Assembly: GCA_964016885.1 (NCBI GenBank)
Contig: OZ024743.1
Span: forward strand, 78,244,001-78,308,000
Source of the DNA: Eledone cirrhosa
Taxonomy: Eukaryota
Reading direction: 5' to 3'
DNA length: 64,000 bases
The notes beneath the pieces are model-generated. The model was not told where the DNA came from. It ran no database searches and worked only from the letters and a program-made list of their open reading frames with translations. The position numbers and the translations under genes are program-made. Shown here one piece after another: positions 12,036 to 25,492 of the stretch (position 1 is its first letter; each line of letters starts with the position of its first letter).

Positions 12036-12834
12036 TACTTTTCGGAGGCACAAAACCAAACTGCATCTCATCTACTTTGACCCTATAACGGCGGCGAAGA
12101 TTCGAAACCGAATCTGAGCTTCCCGCCTTTGGGACAAGCCGTGGTAAGTGGTTTACGCTCGACAGACCAACCCCTTGGGAGATTCTAAACACAGGTCAGA
12201 GGTGTTTACGCCTGGCAGAAAATAGGTCAGAGGATATATCCATCTTTCTGAGTTGTTTACGCCTAGAAAACCAACCCCTTGCGAGATACTAACCAAAGGT
12301 CAGAGGATATATCTATCCTTCTAACTTCAACCCGTATAAATACAAGTCTTCTTTACGCCCGACAGAAAAAGTGTTACCACGGATAAGAACAGACATTTCA
12401 CCTACTCTGACAAATCTCCCTTCACGAAAAACGTCTGTCACTATTTCTCACACGCCTGACTTAGTTATTACTACTGCTGCTAAATCAAGAAAGTATAGTA
12501 ATACGCGCACACGCATTCATAGTAAGTTCACACTATTTACATTCTTACACGCTCCATTTCTGTCATTCACATTGTATCTTTTGGATACAGTACAAATTAT
12601 ATTATAATCGTATTCTGTGATACTCGTATGTACGTGGCTCGAAGAGCCACCGAATTATTGTACGAATATTTCGTGTTATAGATTTTATTTAATATTTAAA
12701 TTGAATATTGTTATAATAAGATAAACATTGTAACAACACAATCCTGGTATTATTCTTTGCATTGAAACCATCATACCAACAATTCCATCTATCCACTATC
12801 CGTCAACCAGTTGTAACAAATATTGAGTTGTAAT

Positions 12835-15375
12835 GGCCATCGGACTGTTCTTCCAGATTTGGTGTGTCGGGGTTGTGCAGAATTTGTCGTGTTTGTGTCG
12901 GGCAAAGTTGTTGGTGAGTCTGCTGGAGAAACGGTGGGTACTGGTGGTAAATCCTGTTCTATTAACGGTGGAAGCGTTCCCCCATGCCGTTGGTGGCAGG
13001 GTGATACGTCGTTGTAGGGATGTGTTTACACCCGAGGAGACGAGTCAGCTCGGTAAATAGGTGCGAATCGAACTTATATGCTCTATCCGTAGTGATTGGC
13101 GCGGGTGTCCCGAAACGTGAAACCCAGTGAAAAACTAGTGTTTTTGGCGACAGTTTCCGCAGTAATATCCGTCAGGGGAAAAACTTCTGGCCAGCGAGAA
13201 AATCGGTCGACACGGGTGAGAAGATGAGTGTAGTTGTGAGAAGGAGGCAAAGGCCCAACGGTGTTAATATGCACATGTTGGAACCGTGCATCAGGTGTTG
13301 CGAAAGAACCGATCGGGGCTTTGATGTGTCGGTGAATTTTTGCCTTCTGGCACGCGATACTGTACGGTGCCATAAACCATTTCAGCCGGAGAATGTCCGA
13401 CTCGCTCCTTAACAGTGGAACGAATGCCAAGAAAAATGAGTGGGAGGTATTCGAACCAGTTAGTGGAGTCTGCGTAAGCCTTGATAGCTGCTTTTAGCTG
13501 GCGGTGGAAGCGTACCACCATGCCGTTAGCGGCAGGGTGATATCCATTCGCGGGTGTCCTTGTTGATGTTGGGCCACACAAAGCGAGCAACCATCAGTTT
13601 CTGCGTGGCGCGAACGCCAGGATGTGCCAGAGAATGCAGTGCCGAGAAAACGTCGCGTCGATGTTTTCGGGGCACGTATGGGCGCTCGTGGCCCGTGGAG
13701 ATGTCGCACCAAATATAACCCGAAGAAGAGGGCAGCGGGCATTCCTGCAATTTCAAGTATGATTTCCGGAGCTGCAGCAGTTCCTCGTCATTCTGTTGAT
13801 CCGCTGCAATCTTCTGGAGATCGATAGTGGCAGTGGTGTGGATTGCGTTAAGCTCCATGCGCGATAGGGCATCAGCTGCTGAGTTGGTGGCACCCTTAAT
13901 GTACCGACTATCAGTAGTGTACTGAGAAATGAAATCCAGATGTCGGACCTCTCTGGGTCAGTGTCGGTCGGGCTTGGCGTTGAACGCATACACTAGTGGT
14001 TTGTGGTCGGTGTATATGGAGAACACACGACCTTCTAGCATGTGTCGAAAATGCTTGACAGCAAGGTATGCTGCCAATAATTCACGACTGAATGTGCTGT
14101 ACTTAGTTTCGGCGGGTTTTAATCGCTTAGAGAAAAAAGATATAAGTCGCAAAATATCGTCAGAGAGTTGTTGAAGCACACCTCCAACTCAGAAATCGGA
14201 TGCATCAGTTAATAAACACATTGGGGCGTGAGATTTGGGGTACCTCAGCATTGTAGCCTCGGACAACATTTTCTTCAACTCAGCGAAAGCGGTACAGTCT
14301 TTTTCGCTGAGATTGAGATTGATGTTTACGTTTTTGGTTGTACGCTGCCGCAGCAAATCTGTGAGTGGTTGGGCTGTCTCTGCACAGTGGGGTATAAATC
14401 TCCTGTAGAAGTTTACCAGGCCAAGAAATTCTCGCAGTTTGCGGAGAGATGAAGGTTGTGGAAAATCAATGATGGATTTGACCTTCTCCTTAAGTGGACG
14501 AATGCCATATTCATCAATGATGTGTCCCAGAAAATGAAGGGACGCAACTCCGAACTCACATTTGCTGGGGTTGATAACAATTCCGTATTCACGCAAACGT
14601 GTGAATAGCAGGTCCAGGTGTCTCTCATGTTCTTCACCGGAGCCGCTGGCTACCAGTAAGTCGTCGATGTATCCGTATACAAAAGGTAGACCTCTGGTGA
14701 TTGTATCGATAAATCGCTGGAATGTATGCGCTGCATTACGCAAACCGAAAGGCATACGCAGAAATTCGAACATTCCAAAGGGTGTTGTGACGGCGGTCTT
14801 AGGAATATCTGCGGGCTCTACAGGTATCTGATTGTAAGCTCGCACAAGATCGATCTTCGAAAATATGCGAGTTCCGTGCAGCGAAATAGAGAAGTCCTGT
14901 AGATGAGACACTGGATAAGAGTCAGGCACGGTGCAGTTGTTTAGTGAACGGTAATCGCCACAGATTTGCCAGTCGTTCGACGACTTCTTGGGTACACAGT
15001 GTATGGGTGAGGACCAGTTGCTGCTGGACGGACGTATGATGCCGAGATCCAGCATGTGCTGAAATTCTTGTTTGACGGACTTCAGACGGTCTGGTGGTAG
15101 CCTTCTAGGTCATGCAGCGACAGGTGGGCCATGTGTTTTTATGTGGTGAGTGACGTCATGTTTTACAGGGCAAGCGTTGAATAGTGGTCGAGCTACGTCT
15201 GGGTATTTGTTGATTATATGGTTGTGCCGGGTTGTTGTTGCCGATCGTGAAATGACTTGACTGACTGTGGCAGTCCTAGCGGCTATGCCGCGCACAGCGA
15301 GACCAGTAGAGTTGTCAACGAGTCGTTGGTTTTTCAGGTCCACTAGCAGTGAGAAGTGCTGAAGAAAATCAGCTC
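12835..15375 (-). pseudogene. pol: Gypsy pol: RT, RNase H and scrambled integrase
   Basis: [29 protein letters not shown]; HSLAHPG..W..C..C; YHP.NG..ERFHR; ends TKSGRTVRWP. Confidence 0.92.
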
Positions 15376-16528
15376 CTAAAATAGGGGTCGCAGCTTAGCC
15401 ACAACGAATACCCACTGGAAAGTGCGGCGTAGTCCCAAATTTAGTGTCAGGAAATGTTCTCCGTAGGTCGGAATATGTGAGTGATTCACCGCCTGGAGCC
15501 AGACTGGGGTTTCTTTCCTTTTTCCAGAAACGCAGGAAACCGGGATGATGCTGACCTCAGCACCGGTGTCGACCATGAAACGCGCGCCTGTGACGTGATC
15601 CTGAATGAAAAATAGGCGACTTTGATTATGAGGGCCAGAAACGTCCGTCGCATTCAGTTTCGTGCTGTGTCGTTTCCCTGATTCGACAAATGAACAGGGA
15701 TGGCTGCACTTTTGCGCTCGTCTCCCGAATTTTTGGTGGTACCAACACATTTCTGGTGAATCACGGGATGTGCTCGGACTTCTTGAGCGACCACCAAATC
15801 GGCGAGTTCGACTGTAGGACCGACGCGTGGCAGCGTTATCCAGTGACAAGGCCTGAATTTGTTGTGTCAAGGCCTGTATCTGTGTTGCTTGCTGTGCCAG
15901 TAACTGGTGTAGATCGGGCATCTCTGTGGCACTGGAGGGCTGAAGGAAAGGATTGGTGAAAGGCACGGCTGGCGTCTCATTGGCTAAAGTTGAGTGCGGA
16001 TGTGGTACCTCCATGATCTTATCTGCCAGCTCGGTGAGTTCTTCTGTGGTGGTGGACTCCCTGGTGGAGGCTAAGACAAATTGTGTGGCAGAAGGCAAAC
16101 GCTGGAGGAAGAGTTGCTTGAAAATTTCATCCGGGAGTTTATGTTATCCCAGGAGCTGCTTCATTCGCCGTAGGAGTTGCGTCGGCTTTTTATCTCCTAA
16201 TTCCTAACGATATGAGGAGCTGGTGCAAGCGCTACTACTGCGACTCCGACGTCCTCTTAATTAATGTTGTTTTAAATGTGTCATATGACACAGAGCCGGG
16301 TGGTGCTAAAATGAGGTCTCGAACCTCATTAATAATCTCCGGAGACATCGAACCAATAACATAGGTTAGACGAGATGCCTCGCTAACGATCCGGTTCGAT
16401 GCGAACTGCGCTTCGATGTGCGCGAATCACAGTGTTGGATCGTGTACCCAGAATGGTGGAATCCTTAATGTAAATTCCGCCCAGACTGCCATTTCTGCCG
16501 TAGATGATTCGTCGTGTGCTAGAGACAT
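15376..16528 (-). pseudogene. gag: Gypsy gag-protease (disrupted)
   Basis: IPPFWVHDP..FAHIEAQF; ELGDKKPTQLLRRM; CWYHQKFGRRAQKCSHPC; FMVDTGAEVS; several stops. Confidence 0.9.
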
Positions 16529-17830
16529 CGTTTGTAGTGGATAATCAGAAGGCTGTGTGTCTGTTTTACGGGGTCACCAGTTGTAACAAATATTGAGTTG
16601 CAACGGATAGTGGATAGATGGTTTCAATGCAAAGAATAATACCAGGATTGTGTTGTTACAATGTTTATTTTATTATAACAATATTCAATTTGAATATTAA
16701 ATAAAATCTATAACACGAAATATTCGTACAATAATTCGGTGGATCTTCGAGCCACGTACATACGAGTATCACAGAATACGATTATAATATAATTTGTACT
16801 GTATCCGAAAGATACAATGCGAATGACAGAAATGGTGCGTGTATGAATGTAAGCAGTGTGAACTTACTATGAATGCGTGTGTGCGTATTACTATACTTTC
16901 TTGATTTAGCAGCAGTAGTAATAACTAAGTCAGGCGTGTGAGAAATAGTGACAGACGTTTTTCGGAAGGGAGATTTGTCAGAGTAGGTGAAATGTCCGTT
17001 CTTGTCCGTGGTAACACTTTTTCTGTCGGGGCGTAAAGAAGACTTGTATTTATAAGGGTTGAAGTTAGCAGGATAGATATATCCTCTGACCTTTGGTTAG
17101 TATCTCCGAAGGGGTTGGTTTTCTAGGCGTAAACAACTCAGAAAGATTGCTATATCCTCTGACCTATTTTCTGCCAGGCGTAAACACCTCTGACCTGTGT
17201 TTAGAATCTCCCAAGGGGTTGGTCTGTCGAGCGTAAACCACTTACCACGGCTTGTCCCAGAGGCGGGAAGCTCAGATTCGGTTTCGAATCTTCACCGCTG
17301 TTATAACCCTTTCTCTAATCATTTGCGCTAATATTCTCTCTGCCACTTTCATAACCTGATCCATCAGCTTTATGCCCCTATAATTGCTCCTCTCTGGGGC
17401 ATCACCTTTAACTTTGTAGCAATTTATGAGAATAGTACTGCACCAGTCTTTGGGTATGACACCACCATATATAACTTGATTGATGATGCGTGCAACCAGT
17501 TTAATGTCTACCTCACCTGATGCCTTCAGCATCTCAGCAACTATCCCCGACGGTGCAGCGGCCTTACCATTCTTCATTTCTTTAATTGGGGAAGGAGTGA
17601 CCAGCAGTACGTTGTTTGGTATTATTACGAAAGGGTGTAGCAGAGAATCCTGCGTGAAGTAACAGCTCGGGTGGAAACTGCTTACCTCGAAGATTCATTC
17701 GCCATCGTTCTTGTTAATGCTCCGTTTAGTTGGTATTTGTTGGTCTACAGTTAGATTAATGGCGCCAAAGGGTTATTGTTTATTGGCAAGAAGTGGCAAC
17801 TGGGCTGGCTTGCCTCGCTTATATTATATA

Positions 17831-18152
17831 TTAAAATAACAGATTAAAGTTTAAGCAAAGAATCGCTGCTTTCACACTTAACGGGATCTTCTGAAACTAA
17901 AAAAAATCAATCTGTGAACGCAGAAATAAATATTTCGAAAAACGTTGCAACCGACGGAAAACAGGAAGACGATACTTAGGTTCGTGAAGACGTTCCCTGG
18001 CGATGAACGGAAAAGGCGAAGATAATACGTCGTTAGTGGTGCGCGAGAACAATTACACGCAAAACCAAAACCACGTTTATGGTATAAATGAAGTCGTTGA
18101 CTAATATTCTATTTAAGAAACCGAATGATTCTTGGCTTCAGAGTTAAGAATA
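17831..18152 (+). repeat. Dispersed non-coding repeat (MITE-like); inverted copy at ~31360-31686, partial copy at 18422-18466
   Basis: Recognisable reverse-complement match between the two copies. Confidence 0.75.
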
Positions 18153-18261
18153 ATTGTTTCTACGTTTGGTAGAAGGCCAGCAATTATCCAGTGCATTACT
18201 GGTACTTTATTTTATCGACCCCGTAAGCATAAAAGGCAAAGTTAACCTCGGCGGGATTTGA
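18150..18261 (-). mobile_element. tRNA-derived SINE fragment with Meta/MESC-like central domain
   Basis: TACTGGTACTTTATTTTATCGACCCCGTAAG...AAAGGCAAAGTTAACCTCGGCGGGATTTGA (B-box on - strand). Confidence 0.8.
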
Positions 18262-18512
18262 TAAGAATAATGTAAATAAATTAGTAGAACGAAAATGACA
18301 GAGTTATTAAAATCAATAATAATTAAATACTTATATACACGCATCTAATACGTACATACACGTGCATACGCGAACACACCCGCCATGAATGTATATACAT
18401 GCAGGTACACATAAACACGCTGCTCCACTAACGACGTATTATCTTCGGTTTTTTCCGTTCATCGCCATATATATATATATATGTTTGTGCCTGTATATAT
18501 GTATATATATGT

Positions 18513-18621
<109 letters not shown>

Positions 18622-18894
18622 TTTCTTGGTGAGGAGGGTGACTTTGGACATCCTACAGGAATAAAAACAAAACCTGTCAAAGGGCAAAGGAGCTCTAAGA
18701 GTCAATGCCCATCCAAAATCACCGTATGTGTATGTATATATATATGTATATATATATATCGGGAGAGATGACCCCTTAACCTTTGTCAAGGCAGAATTCT
18801 AGGAGAAGGAAATCTCTGATATAACACCTGCAACCCTGATGGTATCCAATGATGTTGACTTGTTCTTCTTTTTGGTAAATATCATCTTGATTAC

Positions 18895-19165
18895 GAGAGT
18901 GGGACTGGCTTTGTGCAGTGCCTTTGCTCACTATAAAAGCTTCACGGCACAGGCATTGCTTTATATCTGGAGATCTCTCTTGTCGTCACATGGTACCATG
19001 GGCGCAGCACTATGTGTCAATAATTGTCACAAGTGTAGTGTTTGTACCAGAGTTTTCAAGTCGCTGGCTGGACTAAAAAGCCACACTCGTTCAGCGCATC
19101 GGTAGGGGTTCTCCTACATGGATATAAAGTAGTGGCCGTACTCGAAAACGAGTTGGCAGCCACCA
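18895..19165 (+). mobile_element. LINE (RTE-type) 3' end with terminal C2H2 finger
   Basis: CSVCTRVFKSLAGLKSHTRSAHR* then short 3' UTR; similar end at 53600-53979. Confidence 0.55.
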
Positions 19166-19808
19166 TATATATATATGTATATATATATATATATGTATAT
19201 GTGAATGTTGATATATAAGTTTGTGCGTATAGCCATATATAAATATATTTATATATATATATATATATATATAATTAAGGGGGTCATATCCGAGAGACAA
19301 GCGCCATATCCACTATAGAATATGCTCAAAGATTCCAATGAATAGATCCGAGCATTTTATATCAACTAGAAATTGATTGACATATATATATCTAAAATAA
19401 ACACATGAAACAATCACAGGGGATAATTTGTAAAGTGTGTGAGCACACAGAGCTAGGTAGGCAACTAATTAAAGTTTAACTAGAACTTCAAATTTAGATA
19501 ACCTTTTAAAATAATTAATCTTCCTTGTATATATTTCATTAAAGAAATATATTTCACCATTAATCGGTAAATCACAGTAGTCAAATTACGAATTTTCAAC
19601 AAGGGAGAAGATTTAACTATCTGTGTTTAAACAGCAAATGCAAATCTGCGAATGACCCATAGCAAGTGTTGCATTTTTTTAAAAATACACACATCGTACC
19701 AGCGTCATCCCAGTGGCGTGAATAGGATTATCGACAGCTAGAAATAGCAGCCGAGTCCTTTCAACTGAGTTAACTCTACAATTAGGAGGCCGTATATATA
19801 TCCAAAAT

Positions 19809-19914
<106 letters not shown>

Positions 19915-19986
19915 CTTATATATTTGATATATATTTATCCTTATCGAGTCCTCTTTGGATTTATTACTATTCACATTTATTATTAT

Positions 19987-20029
<43 letters not shown>

Positions 20030-20079
20030 TATATATGTATATATAATAAATATATATATATATAATATATAATATATAT

Positions 20080-20130
<51 letters not shown>

Positions 20131-20134
<4 letters not shown>

Positions 20135-20656
20135 TAAACGGAAAAGAAAATGCTGACAAATTGTTCACAGTGAAAAATAGTTTAATTAGGAATAAGTGAA
20201 AATTAGTAATAGTATTGGTTAGTATTCAGTTTTGGTTTTAAGTTTTACCGGTTGCGCATTTCTAATGCTTTTCAAAAATAATTTTGAGATAGAGCGTCCG
20301 TGATGTTTGCTCTAATCTGGTTAGTTTTGGAAATTCTACCTGTTTTTATGTGAAAAAAGTGGCTCCAGAGATATTAAAATAAGTTTCGCGCCAATTCGTG
20401 TTGCAAAAATTCTTGTGGTCAAAACAATTTTGATTGGTAGGTAGAGGTCATGTGAATGTTAAAAATTGATTTTGCGCCAAATGTAAGTTTGTGTCGGCTG
20501 ATTGAGAAGTCACTGAAAAATAAGTCTTTCAAAGCAAATATGTGTGTATGTGTGTGTGTAGTAGTTGTAGTAAAGAGGTTCGTTGTTGTGATAATGGTCA
20601 GCAGGGATGTGTGTGCGAACCGCAGCCTGTTGACAGTTCAAATGCCTATTAAGACA

Positions 20657-20695
<39 letters not shown>

Positions 20696-23600
20696 CAGAG
20701 TAATTCGTGGTAGAGGGATGGTCAGTAGGAATGTGTCTGTAAGTGTGTGGGGGATATTTTAACATGTTAAAAGATATTTTTCCGCTCTTGTCTTATACGG
20801 AGAAGTGTGTGTGGGTGTGTGTGTGTGCGTGTGCGCGTGTGTGTGTGTGTGTGTCTCTTTGTATGTTAATGTACGCGTGTGTATGTGTGTGTGTATATAT
20901 GTGTGTGTGTATATATGTGTGTGTGTGTGTGTGTGAGAATGTGTGTGGGTGAACCAGTATTTTTGTGATACTTTCGATATTTTCAGTAAAAACGATTCTC
21001 TCAATAGAACATCAAAAACCTTAATAATAAAAGGTGGGAAATGATATATAGTATTGGTATATTACCAAGGTGTGTGTGGGTGTCCAGATTGTACGTACTG
21101 CAAGGGGAATCCATTAGGCCTTGCCGTATTGGAATACTTGTGTACAAATATGTATGTGCCCATCAGTGTGCAATGTATGTGTGCGTTTATGTATGTGTGT
21201 GTGTCGGCACGTTTATATCTATAGACATCAAAAGGTATGCAAATTTGTGTATATTTGTGTTGCACCATAGAACATGTGTGTTTACGTATGTCATTGTGTT
21301 TATATGTGGATAGAGATGTATGCTGATGTAGGTATGTATGTTGACGTGTGCATGTTGTGGGTTCGTCTTAGGGAGAAGTGTTTAGACGGGGTCCGTATTT
21401 GTTAATAAAGTAAGATTCCTTGCTGATGCTCTGGGTGTGGGTGGCATTATCTTTAAATTTGTAGAGGGGAAAGATTCTGAAGTTGGGATGATTTTGGACG
21501 GCACAGGTATCAATGTGTTCACTCAGTGGTATTTTCCTGTATTCCCGTATTTTAATTTGGGATCTATGGACAGTCATGCGTTGGCGGAGGCTGTTTTTGG
21601 TCTGGCCTATGTATTGTTCTCGACAACCTGAGCAAGTTAATACATATATTGGATTTTCTGATGCGCATGTGAAATTGTGTTTTACTATAAAACGTTGTCC
21701 TTCTTTGAAATAGAATTCCGAACCCTCTATTAGGTTGATGCATATGCCACAGTTGGGTCTATCGCATTTTTTTACTGTGGGTTTCGTTGTTGTGGTTGGC
21801 AGTACTTTGGCATGTGTTAGGGTGTTTTTCATTGACTTTGATTGTCTTTTGCTCTTTATGATATCGTGTGTTCATAGGATTTGGTTCATTCTATGGTCCT
21901 TTTTCAACACAGGGATGTTCTGGAGGATGGTGTCAAAGGCCTCATTGTTGAGGGGTTTGTGTGTGGAGATGTATGGAAGAGCTTTTAGTTTCGGTTGATT
22001 TACTTTAGGGTGTCTCAGGTCCTGGGTACTGAGTTTTAGGGCACGTTGGATTCCATTGTCAATTAGTGATGCAGGGTAGTCCCTGCCTATGAGTGTGTCC
22101 TTTAGTTCTTGTATCCGTAAGTAGCAGGTGTTTTTATTGGAGACTATAGTACAGATTCTCTTGGCTAAGTTGTAGGGAATATTAATTTTAACGTGTCTAG
22201 GGTGGCAAGAGTTGAAAGGAAGATATTGCTTGGAGTCTGTGGGCTTGTAGTATATGTCTGTTTCTATTTTTTGTTATGGATCTTAATGAGGATGTCGAGG
22301 AAGGGGAGTTGTTGATGGCTGTATTCCATCGTGAAGTTAATATTCGTGTTGAGCCCATTTATAAGGGTGTGAGATTCTTTAAGTTTCTCGATGTTTCGTG
22401 CCAAAGGATGAAGCAGTCATCTAGATATTGCTTCCAGTTCCTTTCTATGTGTAAGTGGAGAGTGTTTCCAAATTTGTTTAGGACTTTAGTGTAGAGGGTG
22501 ATTTCCAGGTATCCCATGACTAGGTTGGCATAAGTGGGGGCTGTTTTCGTTCCCATAGTGGTCCCAGATTTCTGCCTGTAGGGTTTGTTATTGAAAACGA
22601 AGTAATTGTTCTCCAAGATAAATTTGAGTCCCTCTATCACAAATTCTTTTTTCATGCGTTGTGGGAGTTCATTGTGGTAATTATCCAGCCAGAATTGGAT
22701 AGCTTCTATTCCTAGGTTGTAGGAGATGTTGGAGTATAGGTTGACTACATCGAACGTCACTAATAGGGTTTGTTCAGAAAGGGGCATATTAGGGAGGTGA
22801 TTGAGCATATCTAGGTCGTCCCTTATATAGCTTTTGATGTGTTTGAGAAAAGGCTTGAGAAGGGTATCAATGAAGTTGCTAAGGCGGTGGGTTTCGCAAG
22901 CGGGGCCTGCTATTATAGGTCTTAATTTGAGATCATTGGGTGAGGGGACATTGATGACTATGTCTGTGGCTTACTTGCATGCCTTACTTATTAATTCGCT
23001 TTTATGTACTTTAGGGATACCGTAGAAAAGGCTGGATTTACTTGTGAAGTCTGTGATGAAGCTGAATTCCTTGTTAGTGAGTCCTTCTTTGTATTGGTTG
23101 ATCAGAGTTTTTAGGTTTCTCATAATTTTCTGTTGATTGTAGTGTTCAGCCTTTTCGTAGTATGTTTCGTTTTCCAAAGTGGAGAGCGCTAAGTTGATAT
23201 AGAATTCTGTCTCCATTAGGACTACTGTACTCCCTTTATCAGCCTCTTTAATTGTAATGGTTCTGTCGGTTTTTAATCTATTTAATTCTTCCCATTCTTT
23301 CTTGTTGAGGTTTGGCTTGTGTTTTTGTCTGTGCAAGTGTTGGTAGGGAAGTTTGTGATGTGTTCACAGAATTCGTCCAGGATTTTATTTCTACCTTTTG
23401 ATGGGGTGTAATTGCTTCTATTTCTGGCTAATGATTCATCCTCATTGTACTGGTCGAATAGTTCTTCACTGAGTCGTAACTTTCTACAGAAGTCTGTGAT
23501 GTCTTCCTTCATTTCATAGTAGTTAGGACGTAGTAGGGTCGGTGTGAATTTAAGACCTTTGGAGAGTAAGTTGATAAGGTTGGGTGTTGGTTCTGCACTA

Positions 23601-24724
23601 GTTAAATTGATAATTTTTATTACTCTCGGTTTCTCCTCCCTGTCTTCTGTTATTTTGTTTGCCTGTATCTGTGTGCTGTGTCTAAAAAATGGTTGGGGTA
23701 GAGGGGTTGTCTGCTGATGTTAAGTGGTCTCCTGTGTTTGTTATATTCCTTGTTGTTGTAAAATGTGGTTCGGGTTCGTGGTTGTAGATTAAATGGGGTG
23801 TTCCTGTATTGCGAGTATGGATGTGTGTTTCTATGTGCCATGTTGGATTGTGGTGTTATAGGTGGCCTACGTTGTTGGTTGTATCGTGTGGTGTGGGTTT
23901 GTTGTGTATTGTGGAAGCGAGAGTTGAGAAAATGGAAATTACGTTGCTGTCCCCTTGGAGCGGGGAAGTTATTACATCTATGATGGTGGTGGTATCTTTT
24001 CCCTATGTTTGACGATGAGGCATCCGCGTAGTAGTTGAGTGATTTGGTATGGTGTCTCCTTGAAGGGGGAAAGTTGTAAATGTCATTCTGGGGGAGATGA
24101 TTTCTAGGGTTTTTGTTCCTTCTTATGGTAGCGAGGTTGGGAAGTTCATCTTGGGTGTGGTGCTTCCTTATTCGTTTGTTAGTGGCTGGGGGGTTTGCGA
24201 AGTTGTTGTGCGGTTCGGTTATGGGTTTTCCTATTTTTATGAACGGGTTATTGGAGGTGTAATCCGTTTGAAAAGTCGATTCATAGTGTAGGAACACATG
24301 TTCTATGGTGCAACACAAATATACACAGATTGGCATACCCTTTGATGTCTATAGATATAAACGTGCCGACACACACACATACATAAACGCACACATGCAT
24401 TGCACACTGATGGGCACATACTTATTTGTACACAAGTATTCCAATACGGCAAGAACTAATGGATTCCACTTGCAGTACGTACAATCTGGACACCCACACA
24501 CACCTTGGTAATATACCAATACTATATATCATTTCCCACCTTTTATTATTAAGGTTTTTGATGTTCTATTGAGAGAATCGTTTTTACTGAAAATATCGAA
24601 AGTATCACAAAAATACTGGTCCACACACACACACATATTCTCACACACACACACATATATACACACACACACACACATATATATACACACACACATACAC
24701 ACGCGTACATTAACATACAAAGAG

Positions 24725-24796
<72 letters not shown>

Positions 24797-25492
24797 CTCC
24801 GTATAAGACAAGAAGAACTGAAAAATATATTTTAACATGTTAAAATATCCCCCACACACTTACAGACACATTCCTACTGACCATCCCTCTACCACGAATT
24901 ACTCTGCTACACACACACACACACACACACTTGTCTTAATAGGCATTTGAACTGTCAACAGGCTGCGGTTCGCACACACATCCCTGCTGACCATTATCAC
25001 AACAACGAACCTCTTTACTACTACTACTACTACTACACACACACACATATTTGTTTTGAAAGACTTATTTTTCAGTGACTTCTCAATCAGCCGACACAAA
25101 CTTACATTTGGCGCAAAATCAATTTTTAACATTCACATGACCTCTACCTACCAATCAAAATTGTTTTGACCACAAGAATTTTTGCAACACGAATTGGCGC
25201 AAAACTTATTTTAATATCTCTGGAGCCACTTTTTTCACATAAAAACAGGTAGAATTTCCAAAACTAACCAGATTAGAGCAAACATCACGGACGCTCTATC
25301 TCAAAATTATTTTTGAAAAGCATTAGAAATGCGCAACCGGTAAAACTTAAAACCAAAACTGAATACTAACCAATACTATTACTAATTTTCACTTATTCCT
25401 AATTAAACTATTTTTCACTGTGAACAATTTGTCAGCATTTTCTTTTCCGTTTACCAATATATCATAACTCGTGTGTTACACATCTATTCTTT

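Larger units (their letters stand above)
12084..17305 (-). mobile_element. CsRn1-clade Ty3/Gypsy retrotransposon with inverted LTRs (5' LTR 16582-17305 on -, inverted LTR 12084-12803 on +)
   Basis: PBS TGGTGACCCCG after the 5' LTR; CHCC gag knuckle; PR-RT-RH-IN order; termini TATAAC/GTTATA; TSD ACCC. Confidence 0.92.
9361..17585 (-). mobile_element. RTE LINE fragmented by two LTR-element insertions and an internal deletion (pieces 17306-17585, 12036-12083, 9895-9965, 9361-9865)
   Basis: Removing the insertions restores ...AQMIRERV|KVDEMQFGFVPPKS|TTEALFLVRKLQEK; same family as 5686-8870; (GAT)n tail at 9361. Confidence 0.9.

Noticed and set aside
12084-17305. DIRS or DNA transposon interpretation of the long inverted termini
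   Set aside because: Encodes protease and DDE integrase, has a tRNA PBS and 4-bp TSD; no tyrosine recombinase or transposase.
21368-21832. Selenoprotein-type Naiad endonuclease
   Set aside because: All linker and GIY-YIG cysteines are normal Cys codons; no in-frame UGA.
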